From the NCBI GenBank assembly GCA_963720565.1, contig CAVRFW010000001.1, forward strand, positions 1-64,000: a DNA stretch of 64,000 nucleotides, in the 5' to 3' direction. Numbering within the stretch: the first letter of the stretch is position 1; the number at the start of each line of letters is the position of its first letter. The position numbers and the translations under genes are program-made. The notes beneath the pieces were generated by a model. It saw only the letters and a program-made list of their open reading frames with translations, did not search any database and was not told the origin of the DNA. The stretch is from Candidatus Bathyarchaeota archaeon (GTDB taxonomy: Archaea > Thermoproteota > Bathyarchaeia > Bathyarchaeales > Bathycorpusculaceae). Positions 10,618 through 20,733 of this stretch are shown here, piece by piece.

Positions 10618-10665
10618 GGTGACATCGCCTGCCTGGTGAGGGTTCAAATCCCACTCCCGGCGCCA
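10618..10665 (+). mobile_element. tRNA 3'-end fragment (att-like; TCCCGGC-G-CCA end, Ser-like)
   Basis: GAGGGTTCAAATCCCACTCCCGGCGCCA followed by TTTT, with no 5' half of a tRNA upstream. Preceded by GGTGACATC. Confidence 0.7.
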
Positions 10666-10824
10666 TTTTCTAGGCGAAATTTAATTTTTTTTTACGAAAT
10701 AAGTCTGTTCAAAATAATTTTGAAGGGTTTCAACAATTGAGTGAATTTGATTGCCAATTTCTACTATTAAAAAAGTAGAGTGGCAAGCAGGTCTAGCCTT
10801 ATGGTGCGCGCTGTTGCTTTCTTA

Positions 10825-12363
10825 TCAGTTGAGTGATAGCAGGATTAGTTTGATGAAGTCGATTTGGTCTATGGAAGGCTGAATCAGGTTGAAGACTATC
10901 TGGGGGTAAAGGCCTAACACGATTATTGCACCTACGAGCAGGAATATTGGAATTAGGAGTCTTTTGGATTCTGTTATTTTTGTTTCTTCTTTGGGTTTTC
11001 TTCCATACATGTAGTTTATTAGCCGAAGCAAGTATGCGGTTTGGACAACGCTGGTTATTACGCCTATAATCGCCAGCCAACTCAAATCGGCTTCTATTGC
11101 GGCAGTGAAAACTAGGAATTTCGCTGTGAATCCTCCTAGAGGGGGGACACCGGCAAAAGATAGCGCTGCGAGTAGCAAAGCCAAGCTGGCGAATGGCATT
11201 TTCCAGCCTATCCCAGAAAAGTCTTCAAGAGTTTTGAATCCGTGCCGGTTAATTAGACCTACAGCCATGAACGAAAGGGCTGTGGTAATGCCTCCGATTA
11301 GGAAAAAGTAGAGATTGCCCATTAGACCGATGGTTGTTACGCTGGTTATGCCGATGAGATTGTATCCTACGTCGGCGACGCATATGTTTGCTATCAAGGT
11401 CTTTACGTTGTCCTGGATCAACGCAAAAAGGTTGCCTACAATCATGGTCAGAGCTGACATGACTGCTAACATGAAGACCCAGTTCAGCACACTTGGCGGG
11501 GTGAGGATGAAGACGAGAACTCTGATAAGCACATAGTAGCTTCCTTGGTCAATAAGAGCGGATAAAAATGCTGAAGATGATGATGGAGCCGCGGTGTAAG
11601 CGTCTGGGAGCCAGAAGTGGAAGGGCACGATCGCTGATTCAATGGCGTATCCGGCAGCTATAAATATGAATGCAAGCACGAGCAGGGTTTTGTCGCTTAG
11701 GGTTACTAACGCTTGTCTTACAGCCCAGAAGTTGAGCGTGCCTGTAAGCCCGTATACCATTGAGAGCCCGAAAACAATGAATGCTGAGGCGATAATAATC
11801 ATCACCAAATACTTAAGAGTGGAATTCAACGATACCTTGCTTTTCTTGTAAATCATAAGAAAACTTGATCCGGCAGCTGCAGCCTCCCAAAAAATGAAAA
11901 GCGTAAGCAAATCGCCTGAAAACACCGCGCCCATTAAGGCAGCTGTTAAGATGAGCATTATGGCGAAGTATCTTTCTGAGGGTCTTTCATCAATGCCCAT
12001 ATAAAAAATGCTGTAAAATATGACAACGGCACTGACAGCTATGAAAAGAATAGCCATGTAAATCGAAATTGCATCAATCATGAAACTGCTCGAAAGTGAA
12101 GCAAAAGGCGTCTCAGTCAAAGTTATGTTTAGAAACGGCTGCGGTGAGGCTAAACTGTAATATTTTGCCGCCAAGTTCGCAACAGCTGCACCAGAAACCA
12201 AAAAAATCGTGGAAAACCAAACGATGATTAAAGCTGTTTTATGCTGGGTTTTTCGGATAGCTTGGAAAACAGGAATGGTCAAGAGGGCAAATGTGACCAA
12301 GCTAACTATGGGTAAGAATAAATCAAAGACATCAACCATAAGTTTTTCACCACAGTCAGACAA
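10825..12363 (-). CDS. nuoN: NuoN-like antiporter subunit of a membrane-bound hydrogenase complex
   Basis: LFIFWE, PFHFWLPDAY, AGVPPLGGFTAKF; last gene of the complex-I-ordered operon. Confidence 0.85.
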   Translation of the reverse strand: MSDCGEKLMVDVFDLFLPIVSLVTFALLTIPVFQAIRKTQHKTALIIVWFSTIFLVSGAAVANLAAKYYSLASPQPFLNITLTETPFASLSSSFMIDAISIYMAILFIAVSAVVIFYSIFYMGIDERPSERYFAIMLILTAALMGAVFSGDLLTLFIFWEAAAAGSSFLMIYKKSKVSLNSTLKYLVMIIIASAFIVFGLSMVYGLTGTLNFWAVRQALVTLSDKTLLVLAFIFIAAGYAIESAIVPFHFWLPDAYTAAPSSSSAFLSALIDQGSYYVLIRVLVFILTPPSVLNWVFMLAVMSALTMIVGNLFALIQDNVKTLIANICVADVGYNLIGITSVTTIGLMGNLYFFLIGGITTALSFMAVGLINRHGFKTLEDFSGIGWKMPFASLALLLAALSFAGVPPLGGFTAKFLVFTAAIEADLSWLAIIGVITSVVQTAYLLRLINYMYGRKPKEETKITESKRLLIPIFLLVGAIIVLGLYPQIVFNLIQPSIDQIDFIKLILLSLN

Positions 12364-13870
12364 GACTCACAGTGTTAATCAAGTTGACGAAGAAGGCTGG
12401 GTAAATTCCCAAAATGATGACGAACAAAACCAGGATAGCCATCGCCAATTTCATCCAATTGGGAACATCAACAACGCTCTTTTCCTCTTTCTTTGCTTGA
12501 CCCAGAAAAACCCGAGAAATATAACGCAAGGAGTAAGCCAGCGAAAGTACCGTGGCTACGAGCATTAATGCTGTTGGAAGGAGATAGAATCCGTCCATTG
12601 AAATCACTTCGAACGCGCCAACGAATATTAGAAACTCGCTAATGAAACATGCAAAAGGAGGAGCCCCGGCTATACTGAGAGCAGCAATTGCCGAGGAGAC
12701 TGCAGTAAACTGCATTTTTCCTGCAAGACCACCCATCTCGCGAATATCTCTCTCTTCAGTCTGATGCATGACAGATCCTGCCGTAAGGAAGAATAGCCCT
12801 TTGCTCACAGCGTGACTTATCAAATGAAGTACTGTGCCAGTAATGGCTGAGGTTATAACTACTGCTCCCGCTATGAGTGGCGCTGCTGAAGGAAACAGAG
12901 AAAGCCCAAACAGTACATAACCCATGTGAGCAATACTGGAATATGCTATTACTCTCTTGATGTCTGTCTCAACTAAGGCAATGAACGAACCAAAAAACGC
13001 TGCTATGACTCCAAAAACCGCTAACCCGTGAAGGAAATCGATTCCAAATGTGGTTCCAGCAATTGAAGGAAAAACCGTGCCCAATGACAAGCGCAGTATA
13101 GCGTAAGCGCCTGCACTGATTATTACTCCGCTAAGTAATGCGGACATGGATGAAGGAGCCTCAGAATGAGCATCAGGCAACCACATATGAACTGGAACGA
13201 CAGCCATCTTAACGGCAAACCCCCCAGTTAATGCAAGCAAGATCCATCTCGCAATGTCAGGAAAAGCCATCAGCGCTGCTTGAGCTTGGAACATGTCTGT
13301 AACGCCAGTTACCATGTATATGGCACCCACACCTAATAGCACGAACACCGCCCCAGCATGTGTAAACACGAAAAACTTGAAGGCGGCACGATAGGGTTCT
13401 CGGTAGCCCCATCCGCCTATGATGAAATAAGCGGGAACAAGCATCAGTTCCCAGCAGAAATAGAACAGCAGAAGATTGGAAGTTATGAAGACTCCAACAA
13501 GCCCTATCGAGAGCAACGACAAAAGGGCGTAGTAAACTGCAAGGTTTTTCTTTCCTTGCATATAATTTATCGAGTAAAGCGAAGCAACTAGGATTAGTAT
13601 AGATGTTACTATTGCCATAGAGGCGCTTATGCCGTCTGCAAAAAGTGTGAACTCTGATTGAAGCATGGGAATCCAATAGTAGGATTCCACGTATCTGTGG
13701 TCCACGTTGTTCAAGATTGCCGGAACGGTGGTTAGAACCAAGGCTATATTAGCTAGCGCAATTGAGGCTACCAATATTGCCGCAGCTTTAGGAGATTTTC
13801 TTCCAGCGAAATAGGCCAATGGAACGCCCAATGTGGGTAGCAGGAACACCAAGAGTAGAGAATAACCCAT
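12356..13870 (-). CDS. nuoM: NuoM-like antiporter subunit
   Basis: FYFCWELMLVP, KMAVVPVHMWLPDAHSEAP, IKRVIAYSSIAHMG. Confidence 0.88.
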   Translation of the reverse strand: MGYSLLLVFLLPTLGVPLAYFAGRKSPKAAAILVASIALANIALVLTTVPAILNNVDHRYVESYYWIPMLQSEFTLFADGISASMAIVTSILILVASLYSINYMQGKKNLAVYYALLSLLSIGLVGVFITSNLLLFYFCWELMLVPAYFIIGGWGYREPYRAAFKFFVFTHAGAVFVLLGVGAIYMVTGVTDMFQAQAALMAFPDIARWILLALTGGFAVKMAVVPVHMWLPDAHSEAPSSMSALLSGVIISAGAYAILRLSLGTVFPSIAGTTFGIDFLHGLAVFGVIAAFFGSFIALVETDIKRVIAYSSIAHMGYVLFGLSLFPSAAPLIAGAVVITSAITGTVLHLISHAVSKGLFFLTAGSVMHQTEERDIREMGGLAGKMQFTAVSSAIAALSIAGAPPFACFISEFLIFVGAFEVISMDGFYLLPTALMLVATVLSLAYSLRYISRVFLGQAKKEEKSVVDVPNWMKLAMAILVLFVIILGIYPAFFVNLINTVSLV

Positions 13871-13872
13871 TT

Positions 13873-15831
13873 TTACACACCTATTGTCAGTATTATCAAT
13901 ATTACAATCAATATAAAACCGATCATCGCAGCGGCCACGTAATGCTGCAGAGAAGTCGAAGGCAGTTTCTTTGCTTGAGACGCTGACCGCATTGTGCTGC
14001 GCGCTAACACGACCAGCAGATCATCAGCTAAAGTGTCAAGGTTGTTATGAACCGCATTTGCCAAAATTATGACGGACCAGGCAACGATTAAAGGTATCTT
14101 ATTGAACAAAACGACCTCTACAAATCGAACACCTTTTGAGAAGCTGACTATTGCTTTTGCGATAATTCTCTCGTAAAGGTCATCGAAGAAATAGCCACGG
14201 TTTAGGATTTTCATAAGGGGGTTCGAGCTGCTGCGGAATTTGCTCATGATTTCAGAGTTCTTGTAGTAAGTGAGATATATAATTAAGCCAGTTGGAACGA
14301 GAAGTGCGAAGAAAATTGGGGTTTCGAGGTTGAAAAAGGCGCCAATCAAACTCAGTTCGGCCTCCGCCTGCATGAAATTGCCCAGCCACGGTTCGACAAA
14401 ACCCCAAACCACGCATAGAATCGCCAAGATCGCAGCAGGAAATAGCATCACCTTTGGTGCTTCATGAAGATGAAGCCCCTTAGCGTGTTCCGACTCTTTC
14501 CCCATGAAAGTTAGTTTAATAAATCTGAGACTGTATGCGAAGGTCAACATTGTCGTGGCGTAAATCAAGATTACCTGCCAAATATTACCATTCTCCATCA
14601 AGCTTGAAATTATAAGGCCCTTGCTGAAAAAAGCCGCGAAAGGAGGAATACCACTAGTGGTCAAAACCATTATGAGGCTTAGCCCGAAGGTGATCGGCAT
14701 TGCTTTCTTCAAGCCACCCATAAGCCTCATGTCTCGGGTTCCAATAGCATGAATGATACCGCCAGCCAAAAGGAATCCCAATCCTTCGAAAAAGGCGTGA
14801 CTCATCATATGAAACAGACTTGCAAACCACCCCAGAGAAGAATGAGGCGATATTGTGCCTAACGAAGCCATCATGAACCCCAACTGGCTTATCGTCGAGT
14901 ACGCAAGCACTCCTTTAATGTCAGGTGTATGCATGGCTAATGTAGCTCCTAACACAGCTGTCAAAACACCGATCCAAGCAACCGTGGGAAGCCACATCGG
15001 AAGTGAAAATGACAGCGCGCCTAGGACCAGGATTAGTCTTGCTATCAAGTAAATTCCGGCTTTAACCATCGTTGCCGCATGCAAGAGTGCGCTAACGGAG
15101 GTAGGGGCTTCCATGGCACTGTATAACCAAGTGTGCATCGGAAGTTGTGCGGACTTTGCGATGGCACCACCAAGAGTCAGGAAAGCAATCGCTGTTAGGA
15201 TAGGTATGGGTATTGCTGATATGTTTGCCATGGTGTATCTAAATGAGAATGAACCTAAGCTTGTGTAGAGTAGTCCGATGGCGGCAAGCAAGCTTATGTC
15301 GCCTATTCGCGTCATTAAGAAAACTTTTGTGCCGGCACGAACCGATTCTGGACGTTTATACCAGAAAGATATCAGCGAATACGAGCAGAGTCCCACCATT
15401 TCCCAAAAGATGAACAATTGAAGGAAATTGTCTGATAGGACTAAGCCTATCATCGAGCCGATAAAAAGCAGCATGAAGAAGTAGTATCGGGTTAATCCCT
15501 CCTCACCTTTCATGTAACCCAAGGAATAAACTGCGATAATTAGACCAAAGAAGGCCACAAGAACGGTGAAAAGGACGCTAAGCGGATCAACAAAAACTCC
15601 TGCCTCTATGCCTGAAGATGAAATCCAGGTAGCTGAAGAATCGATGGCTATTCCCTCTGAACCTGACGAGACCTCGAAAACTAGCGAAAACGCCAGCACT
15701 GCAGTAACCAAGCTTGCAAAGACAACAAAATAATCGCGTGCCTTGGCACTAAAACGTGCAATCGGTAGAACAAACAGACTCGCGATTAAGGGAACAATCC
15801 AAACGAGCCATCCTGTAATATTAGACAGCAA
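13873..15831 (-). CDS. nuoL: NuoL-like antiporter subunit
   Basis: AKSAQLPMHTWLYSAMEAPTSVSALLHAATMVKAG, LAYSTISQLG, YFFDDLY. Confidence 0.9.
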   Translation of the reverse strand: MLSNITGWLVWIVPLIASLFVLPIARFSAKARDYFVVFASLVTAVLAFSLVFEVSSGSEGIAIDSSATWISSSGIEAGVFVDPLSVLFTVLVAFFGLIIAVYSLGYMKGEEGLTRYYFFMLLFIGSMIGLVLSDNFLQLFIFWEMVGLCSYSLISFWYKRPESVRAGTKVFLMTRIGDISLLAAIGLLYTSLGSFSFRYTMANISAIPIPILTAIAFLTLGGAIAKSAQLPMHTWLYSAMEAPTSVSALLHAATMVKAGIYLIARLILVLGALSFSLPMWLPTVAWIGVLTAVLGATLAMHTPDIKGVLAYSTISQLGFMMASLGTISPHSSLGWFASLFHMMSHAFFEGLGFLLAGGIIHAIGTRDMRLMGGLKKAMPITFGLSLIMVLTTSGIPPFAAFFSKGLIISSLMENGNIWQVILIYATTMLTFAYSLRFIKLTFMGKESEHAKGLHLHEAPKVMLFPAAILAILCVVWGFVEPWLGNFMQAEAELSLIGAFFNLETPIFFALLVPTGLIIYLTYYKNSEIMSKFRSSSNPLMKILNRGYFFDDLYERIIAKAIVSFSKGVRFVEVVLFNKIPLIVAWSVIILANAVHNNLDTLADDLLVVLARSTMRSASQAKKLPSTSLQHYVAAAMIGFILIVILIILTIGV

Positions 15832-16146
15832 CTATGACCCAACCTCGGCCTCTTCTTCCTGACTGATTCTCATCAGCTCACCAATGTCTCTTGTTCCATA
15901 CTTCCTAGAAACAATCACTAGTAAGGCCAAGATCACGCCGCTTACTGCCGTATCGGTTGAGAACGCGAGAACCAAAAAAGCTTCTCCCAAGCCCACGCCC
16001 ATATAAGAAGCAAGCATCACAAAATTCAAAGTCGCCCCCAAAGCAATCAATTCAACGGAAATGAAAACCTTCAAAAGGTCACGTTTTGTCAGCAAACCGT
16101 ATATCCCGATAAGCAACAGAGTAAGTGATAAAATAACAAAGTCCAC
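15832..16146 (-). CDS. nuoK: NuoK-like membrane subunit
   Basis: Three TM helices, GIYGLLTKRDLLKVFISVEL. Confidence 0.85.
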   Translation of the reverse strand: MDFVILSLTLLLIGIYGLLTKRDLLKVFISVELIALGATLNFVMLASYMGVGLGEAFLVLAFSTDTAVSGVILALLVIVSRKYGTRDIGELMRISQEEEAEVGS

Positions 16147-16622
16147 TATGTTTCACCTTTCTTCTTATCGTGCAACACTATGGCTATTCCAATGGCAACA
16201 ACCATGACAACCAAACCCTGCAGGACAACATCTGGCGCTCTCAAGGACCACAAAGACTCTTCAAAAGAAACCCCATACCCCGTCGCAGTTGAAACTGGAA
16301 TTGAAAGGAAAACGGCCGGCAATCCCAGAAACGCCCCAGCAACAAGAACCGTTAAGGCAGTCCTTAGCGAAGTCTTCTTCTTGAATTTTTCAGTCAGCAT
16401 TTCCCCGGACAAAAAGAGAACGGCCAATGTTCCAACGCCTACGGCAAACTGGAAAATTGCCACAAAGACTGCACCGTTTAGCAAGAAAAGCAGTGCAGTA
16501 AAAAAGAAAGCTCCAGCCAAGGCAGCCACAGAATGAACAGCTTCCTCTAGAAAAATCGCTAGGCAAGCCGAGATTACTAGTCCAACGGCCACTAATTCCA
16601 AGGCTACTGTTTCCAAGATCAT
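16146..16622 (-). CDS. nuoJ: NuoJ-like membrane subunit
   Basis: Five TM helices, VHS..L..GAVFVAIFQFAVGVG; operon position. Confidence 0.8.
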   Translation of the reverse strand: MILETVALELVAVGLVISACLAIFLEEAVHSVAALAGAFFFTALLFLLNGAVFVAIFQFAVGVGTLAVLFLSGEMLTEKFKKKTSLRTALTVLVAGAFLGLPAVFLSIPVSTATGYGVSFEESLWSLRAPDVVLQGLVVMVVAIGIAIVLHDKKKGET

Positions 16623-17008
16623 GGCTCAACAACATCCACTTTTTTTGAGCTTGCTTCTGGTTTTATTATTAGGGTGGATTTATCAGTTGAGGCTAATTCG
16701 AAGAAGCACGAGCTCTTAATAGCGTTTCTCGGGCAACTTTCAGCGCATTGGTAACAGAAAACGCACAGGTCTAGGTGGAACAGAGGTCTCCGTTTTCCAT
16801 CAACTTCAACCATTTCGATTGCTTTGGCGGGGCAGTCTCTAGAGCATAGGCCACAGCTTACGCAAAGTGTGATATCGAAAACTTGTTTGCCCCTGAAGTC
16901 TTCAGGGACCTCGGCTTTTACGAATGGGTACTTGTCAGTTGCAGGTTTCTTGAAAAGGTTTGAAAAAACCTCTTTTATCATAGGTGAAATGGTAAATTTC
17001 TTTTTCAT
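16619..17008 (-). CDS. nuoI: NuoI-like 2[4Fe-4S] subunit
   Basis: PATDKYP, FRG, CVSCGLCSRDCP, CVFCYQCAESCP. Confidence 0.9.
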   Translation of the reverse strand: MKKKFTISPMIKEVFSNLFKKPATDKYPFVKAEVPEDFRGKQVFDITLCVSCGLCSRDCPAKAIEMVEVDGKRRPLFHLDLCVFCYQCAESCPRNAIKSSCFFELASTDKSTLIIKPEASSKKVDVVEP

Positions 17009-18009
17009 TTATGTCACCAAAGGATATACCCATGTAGCCATCGTGATCGTGAGAGCAAGGGACAGGATTGAAAGGGGAAGCAATATTCGCCAGTTAGCTG
17101 TTAGGACTTGATCGATCCGCAATCTCGCAAAAAGACACGTGACGTATTCAGTTATTACTACAATTGCCAACAATTTGAGCACAAACCAAAGGCTGTACCA
17201 GAACCCTGCTAAACCGAAGAAAACTGGTCCATTGGGCCTCCCAGGAAAAACGTTACAACCAGCGATGCACCGAGAACTATTTGAACATCTCTGGTCAGGT
17301 GCAGAAAAGCCAGTTTGCCACCGCCGTATTCGGTTTCTAATCCCCCAACCAGTTCGCTCTCTGCATGCGGAATATCGAATGGGTCTTTCTCAAGCTCCGC
17401 CTGAAGAGTAATTATGAAGAGAACAAAGCCCCAAGGCGCTAGGATTATGAACGGAATGTCCTGGCTTGACACGATTGCTGACAGGGTCAATTCTTTAGCC
17501 AAAAAGGCTGGTGTTAAAGCGAGGAGGAATAGAGGAATATCATAACCAAGAAACTGAGTTAAAACTCGGGCTGCGCCGATAGCACCGTACGGACTTGAAG
17601 AAGCCCATCCGGAAATGAACAAGAGAAAATTAGCTACAGTAACTAATGCCATAACGAAAATCAGGTCTCCTACAAAGCCAGAGCTTGATATTGCGCTGGA
17701 GCCGTCGATTGGCAAGAAGCACATGGCAAAAACCATAATTGAAAAAGCTACTATGGGTGCAATTCTAAAAACGTTCTTCTTGGCGTTACTCGGGATAATC
17801 TCTTCTTTTGTAAATAGTTTGATCAAATCAGCGAGAGGTTGAAGTATGCCTGCTGGACCTGCGACAGCGGGACCGACTCGGTTCTGCATTCTCGCTTCAA
17901 TCTTTCTTTCAACCCAATCGCAAAACAGTGTTAAGAAAAGGACAAAAGTGAAACCCGGAAATATCAGAACCCGGAAAATGAACCAAAAATCCAGCACTTT
18001 TTTTCTCAC
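17009..18009 (-). CDS. nuoH: NuoH-like membrane subunit, frameshift near 17235
   Basis: ERKIEARMQNRVGP, GILQPLADLIKLFTKE, PFDIPHAESELVGG. The C-terminal RLRIDQ lies in another frame ending at TAA 17009-17011. Confidence 0.88.
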
Positions 18010-19607
18010 CTATCAGTGCATGAGAAGCACGGGTCAAGGCTAACAAAGTTCGCTGGGATATCTGCTATGCTTTCTCCGATTGCGGTCTTGAGAAATGCTG
18101 GGAGGTTAGCAAAGGTTGGAGTGCGTACTTTGACACGCTCTGGGTAAGCTGTTCCGTTGCTTCTAACATAATGAAATAGTTCACCGCGTGGAGCTTCCAC
18201 TCTGTTAATGGCTTCGCCTGCAATCACAATTCTTGGGACTCTCACCCGGAATGGACCAGTGGGCATGTGGTCTAGAGCGTACTCGATTATGTTTATGCTT
18301 TCATTAAGCTCGTCTAAACGAACCATGAGTCGCGCATATGTGTCACCTTCGGTACGTGTAACTATGCGAAACGGTATTTCGCCGTAAGCCTCGTATGGTT
18401 CATCTTTCCGCACGTCGGTGTTGACACCGGAGGCTCTTGCCACTGGCCCCACGACACATAATCTTAGGGCATCTTCAGTTGAAAGGAACCCTACTTTCTG
18501 GGTCCGCATCTTTAGGGAGGTTTCATTTTGGAAAAGGCTTTGGTAGAAAACCAATTTCTTCTTCAGAATATCAAGCTGAGTCTTAATTTTTGGCACATCT
18601 GCTTCTTTCAGGTCGCGACGAACTCCACCAATGGTCATAGATGACGAAATAACCCGGTTTCCTGTGAGCAGTTCAGTTAAATCCATGATTGGTTCTCTGT
18701 CGCGCCACATATACTGGAAAAGTGTTTCATATCCTATTTCTAACCCAGCGTGACCTAAGACCAACAGGTGGCTGTGAAGTCGATTTAGTTCCAAGATTAT
18801 TGTCCGAAGGTACCTGGCTCTTGCCGGCACTTCTGTTTTCAGGATTTTCTCAACTGCTCCAATGAAGGTTAACGCGTGACAGGAGTTGCATATTCCGCAA
18901 ATTCGTTCAATTAGGTAAACATCCTGCAGGTATGTGCGCTGTTCAGAAGCTTTTTCAACACCTCTATGAACGTAACCGATTCTGGGTTCCACCGCCTTAA
19001 CGATTTCGCCGTCGACCTTTATTGAAAACTTCTCCGGTTCCAATAGGGCTGGGTGCTGCGGACCTACCACAATATTGACCAAACCAGTGTCTTCTGGGGG
19101 TTGCTGCTTTTCAATTTCAGGTTGTGTATTGTTGAGACCACTATTGAGTTTGGCTATGACCTCTTCAAGATTAGCGTCTTTTCTCAGTGGATAGAGATTC
19201 TTGGGCCAGTCTTCGGGAAGAACCAAGCGTACCGGGTTTGGGTGACCCTGAAAGACTACGCCGAAGAGGTCTGAAACCTCTCTCTCATGGAAATTGGCGC
19301 CGGGAATTAGGTCAGTTATCGAAGATATTTGCGGGTTTTCTTTTGGAACCTCGGTTCTGACGGTAACTATTGAACCGCCTGTGCGGGTGTGGTACATAAT
19401 GCCTATCTTTTCAGAGAGATCTAGGCCCGTAATGGCAACGATGACTGTTGCGCTATTATTTTCCAGTAGTATCTTGATAATTTTTCTAATAGAATCGGCA
19501 TTAGTTTGAATTGTGGCTTTTCCAAGGTAATCAGGCTGGATGCTTCCTAAACTACCTATTCTATCTTGGAGAGTTGAGACTAGACTGTTTTGATTTGCTT
19601 GTGTCAT
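18006..19607 (-). CDS. Group 4 [NiFe]-hydrogenase large subunit fused to a NuoC-like domain (NuoCD-like)
   Basis: HEREVSDLFGVVFQGHP (NuoC), GPQHP, GYVHRGVEK, L1 motif RICGIC, L2 motif DPCFSCTDR at the C-terminus. Confidence 0.92.
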   Translation of the reverse strand: MTQANQNSLVSTLQDRIGSLGSIQPDYLGKATIQTNADSIRKIIKILLENNSATVIVAITGLDLSEKIGIMYHTRTGGSIVTVRTEVPKENPQISSITDLIPGANFHEREVSDLFGVVFQGHPNPVRLVLPEDWPKNLYPLRKDANLEEVIAKLNSGLNNTQPEIEKQQPPEDTGLVNIVVGPQHPALLEPEKFSIKVDGEIVKAVEPRIGYVHRGVEKASEQRTYLQDVYLIERICGICNSCHALTFIGAVEKILKTEVPARARYLRTIILELNRLHSHLLVLGHAGLEIGYETLFQYMWRDREPIMDLTELLTGNRVISSSMTIGGVRRDLKEADVPKIKTQLDILKKKLVFYQSLFQNETSLKMRTQKVGFLSTEDALRLCVVGPVARASGVNTDVRKDEPYEAYGEIPFRIVTRTEGDTYARLMVRLDELNESINIIEYALDHMPTGPFRVRVPRIVIAGEAINRVEAPRGELFHYVRSNGTAYPERVKVRTPTFANLPAFLKTAIGESIADIPANFVSLDPCFSCTDR

Positions 19608-20050
19608 GGCTTACCCTCTGATTCTGGTTGTTTCAGGGAATTGAGGAGTTTAACAACTCCGTCAATTAACGCTTCTGGTTTTGGAGGACACCCTGGGATG
19701 TAGGCGTTCACTGGGATGACCTTGTCTACGCCGCCTAACACTGTGTAGTTTCCCTTAAACACGCCGCCAGAGCATGCGCACGCACCAATTGCTACAACGA
19801 ATTTGGGTTCAGGCATCTGATCGTAAATGCGTTTCAGTCTTTCTGCACATTGCCTTGTAACTACCCCGGACGTGAGCAGAACGTCCGCGTGTCTGGGTGA
19901 AGGCTCAAGTTTTATGCCAAATCGCTCTACATCATAGCGCGGAGTTAGAAGAGCAACGATTTCTATGTCACATCCATTGCACGCGCCGCTGTTGAAATGA
20001 AGAACCCAAGGAGATTTTAAGCGAGCCCAAGTAGCCAGACTTTTCATCAA
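19604..20050 (-). CDS. nuoB: Group 4 hydrogenase small subunit (NuoB-like)
   Basis: CNGCDIE, SPRHADVL, GACACSGG, IPGCPPKP. Confidence 0.9.
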   Translation of the reverse strand: MMKSLATWARLKSPWVLHFNSGACNGCDIEIVALLTPRYDVERFGIKLEPSPRHADVLLTSGVVTRQCAERLKRIYDQMPEPKFVVAIGACACSGGVFKGNYTVLGGVDKVIPVNAYIPGCPPKPEALIDGVVKLLNSLKQPESEGKP

Positions 20051-20376
20051 TCCCCGCCTCCTTCAAACAGCAAAAAAGTCGAAGTGAGCATCATGAAAAG
20101 GTAGAGAATTACTAACACAGTGTTTATTCCTGTTGTCATTAGTGCCCCAAACGCGAGGAGCAGTACAGCAGAATCAAATATTACAAAGTAAATCAGAAAT
20201 TTGTACAGTGAAATATTGACTTTCAGACCCTGAAAAGCAGCTTTTTCTCCACAGGCATAAGTTGACCGCTCATTCACGTTCTGAATGGGTTTCGGAGAGG
20301 CTCGTCTTCCAATAACATACAGAACTGAGGAAGCTAATAGAATCAGAAAAAACGCGACTATTGACTCAACAAGCAT
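20047..20376 (-). CDS. nuoA: NuoA-like membrane subunit
   Basis: Three TM helices, YACGE loop, YFVIFD. Confidence 0.82.
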   Translation of the reverse strand: MLVESIVAFFLILLASSVLYVIGRRASPKPIQNVNERSTYACGEKAAFQGLKVNISLYKFLIYFVIFDSAVLLLAFGALMTTGINTVLVILYLFMMLTSTFLLFEGGGD

Positions 20377-20733
20377 CTCTTATTGATCTCCCATCCATGC
20401 TAAACAAAGTTGAATTGCGGCTGGATAAGATAGGCTTGCAGTGGAATTTGGAGAAACCTATTGATTCCTCGCATCCTGATTCACCAGCAATCATTGGAAT
20501 GCCGCTCAAGCTTTCATAATTGTTCAAAACCTCAACCAATTCTGATAGAAAGAATTTAGGTTTTATGCAGGGGAAACCGTCTGTGTGTTGTCTCGTCTTC
20601 TGTCGCTTCCATGCAAGGTAAGATATTCTCTCAAGATAGCTTCATAAATTTAAATCTATTCAATTTACTTTTCGAGAAAACATGTTCTTAATATCGAAAA
20701 AAGCTTGTTCTGTAGTAGGTTTTCACGGATGAG

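Noticed and set aside
10590..10665. Complete tRNA gene
   Set aside because: Only the T arm and the 3' acceptor strand are present. There is no matching 5' strand, D arm or anticodon arm.
9929..10666. 245-aa minus-strand ORF starting MAPGVGFEP
   Set aside because: It is a composite: an antisense tRNA fragment, the shadow of the plus-strand membrane gene, and only the last ~70 aa protein-like. Not a single real gene.
10825..20376. NADH:quinone oxidoreductase or Fpo complex
   Set aside because: The large subunit retains both Ni-binding CxxC motifs and there is no NADH- or F420-input module in the operon.
20377..20620. Possible small gene upstream of nuoA
   Set aside because: No continuous frame or recognisable motif.
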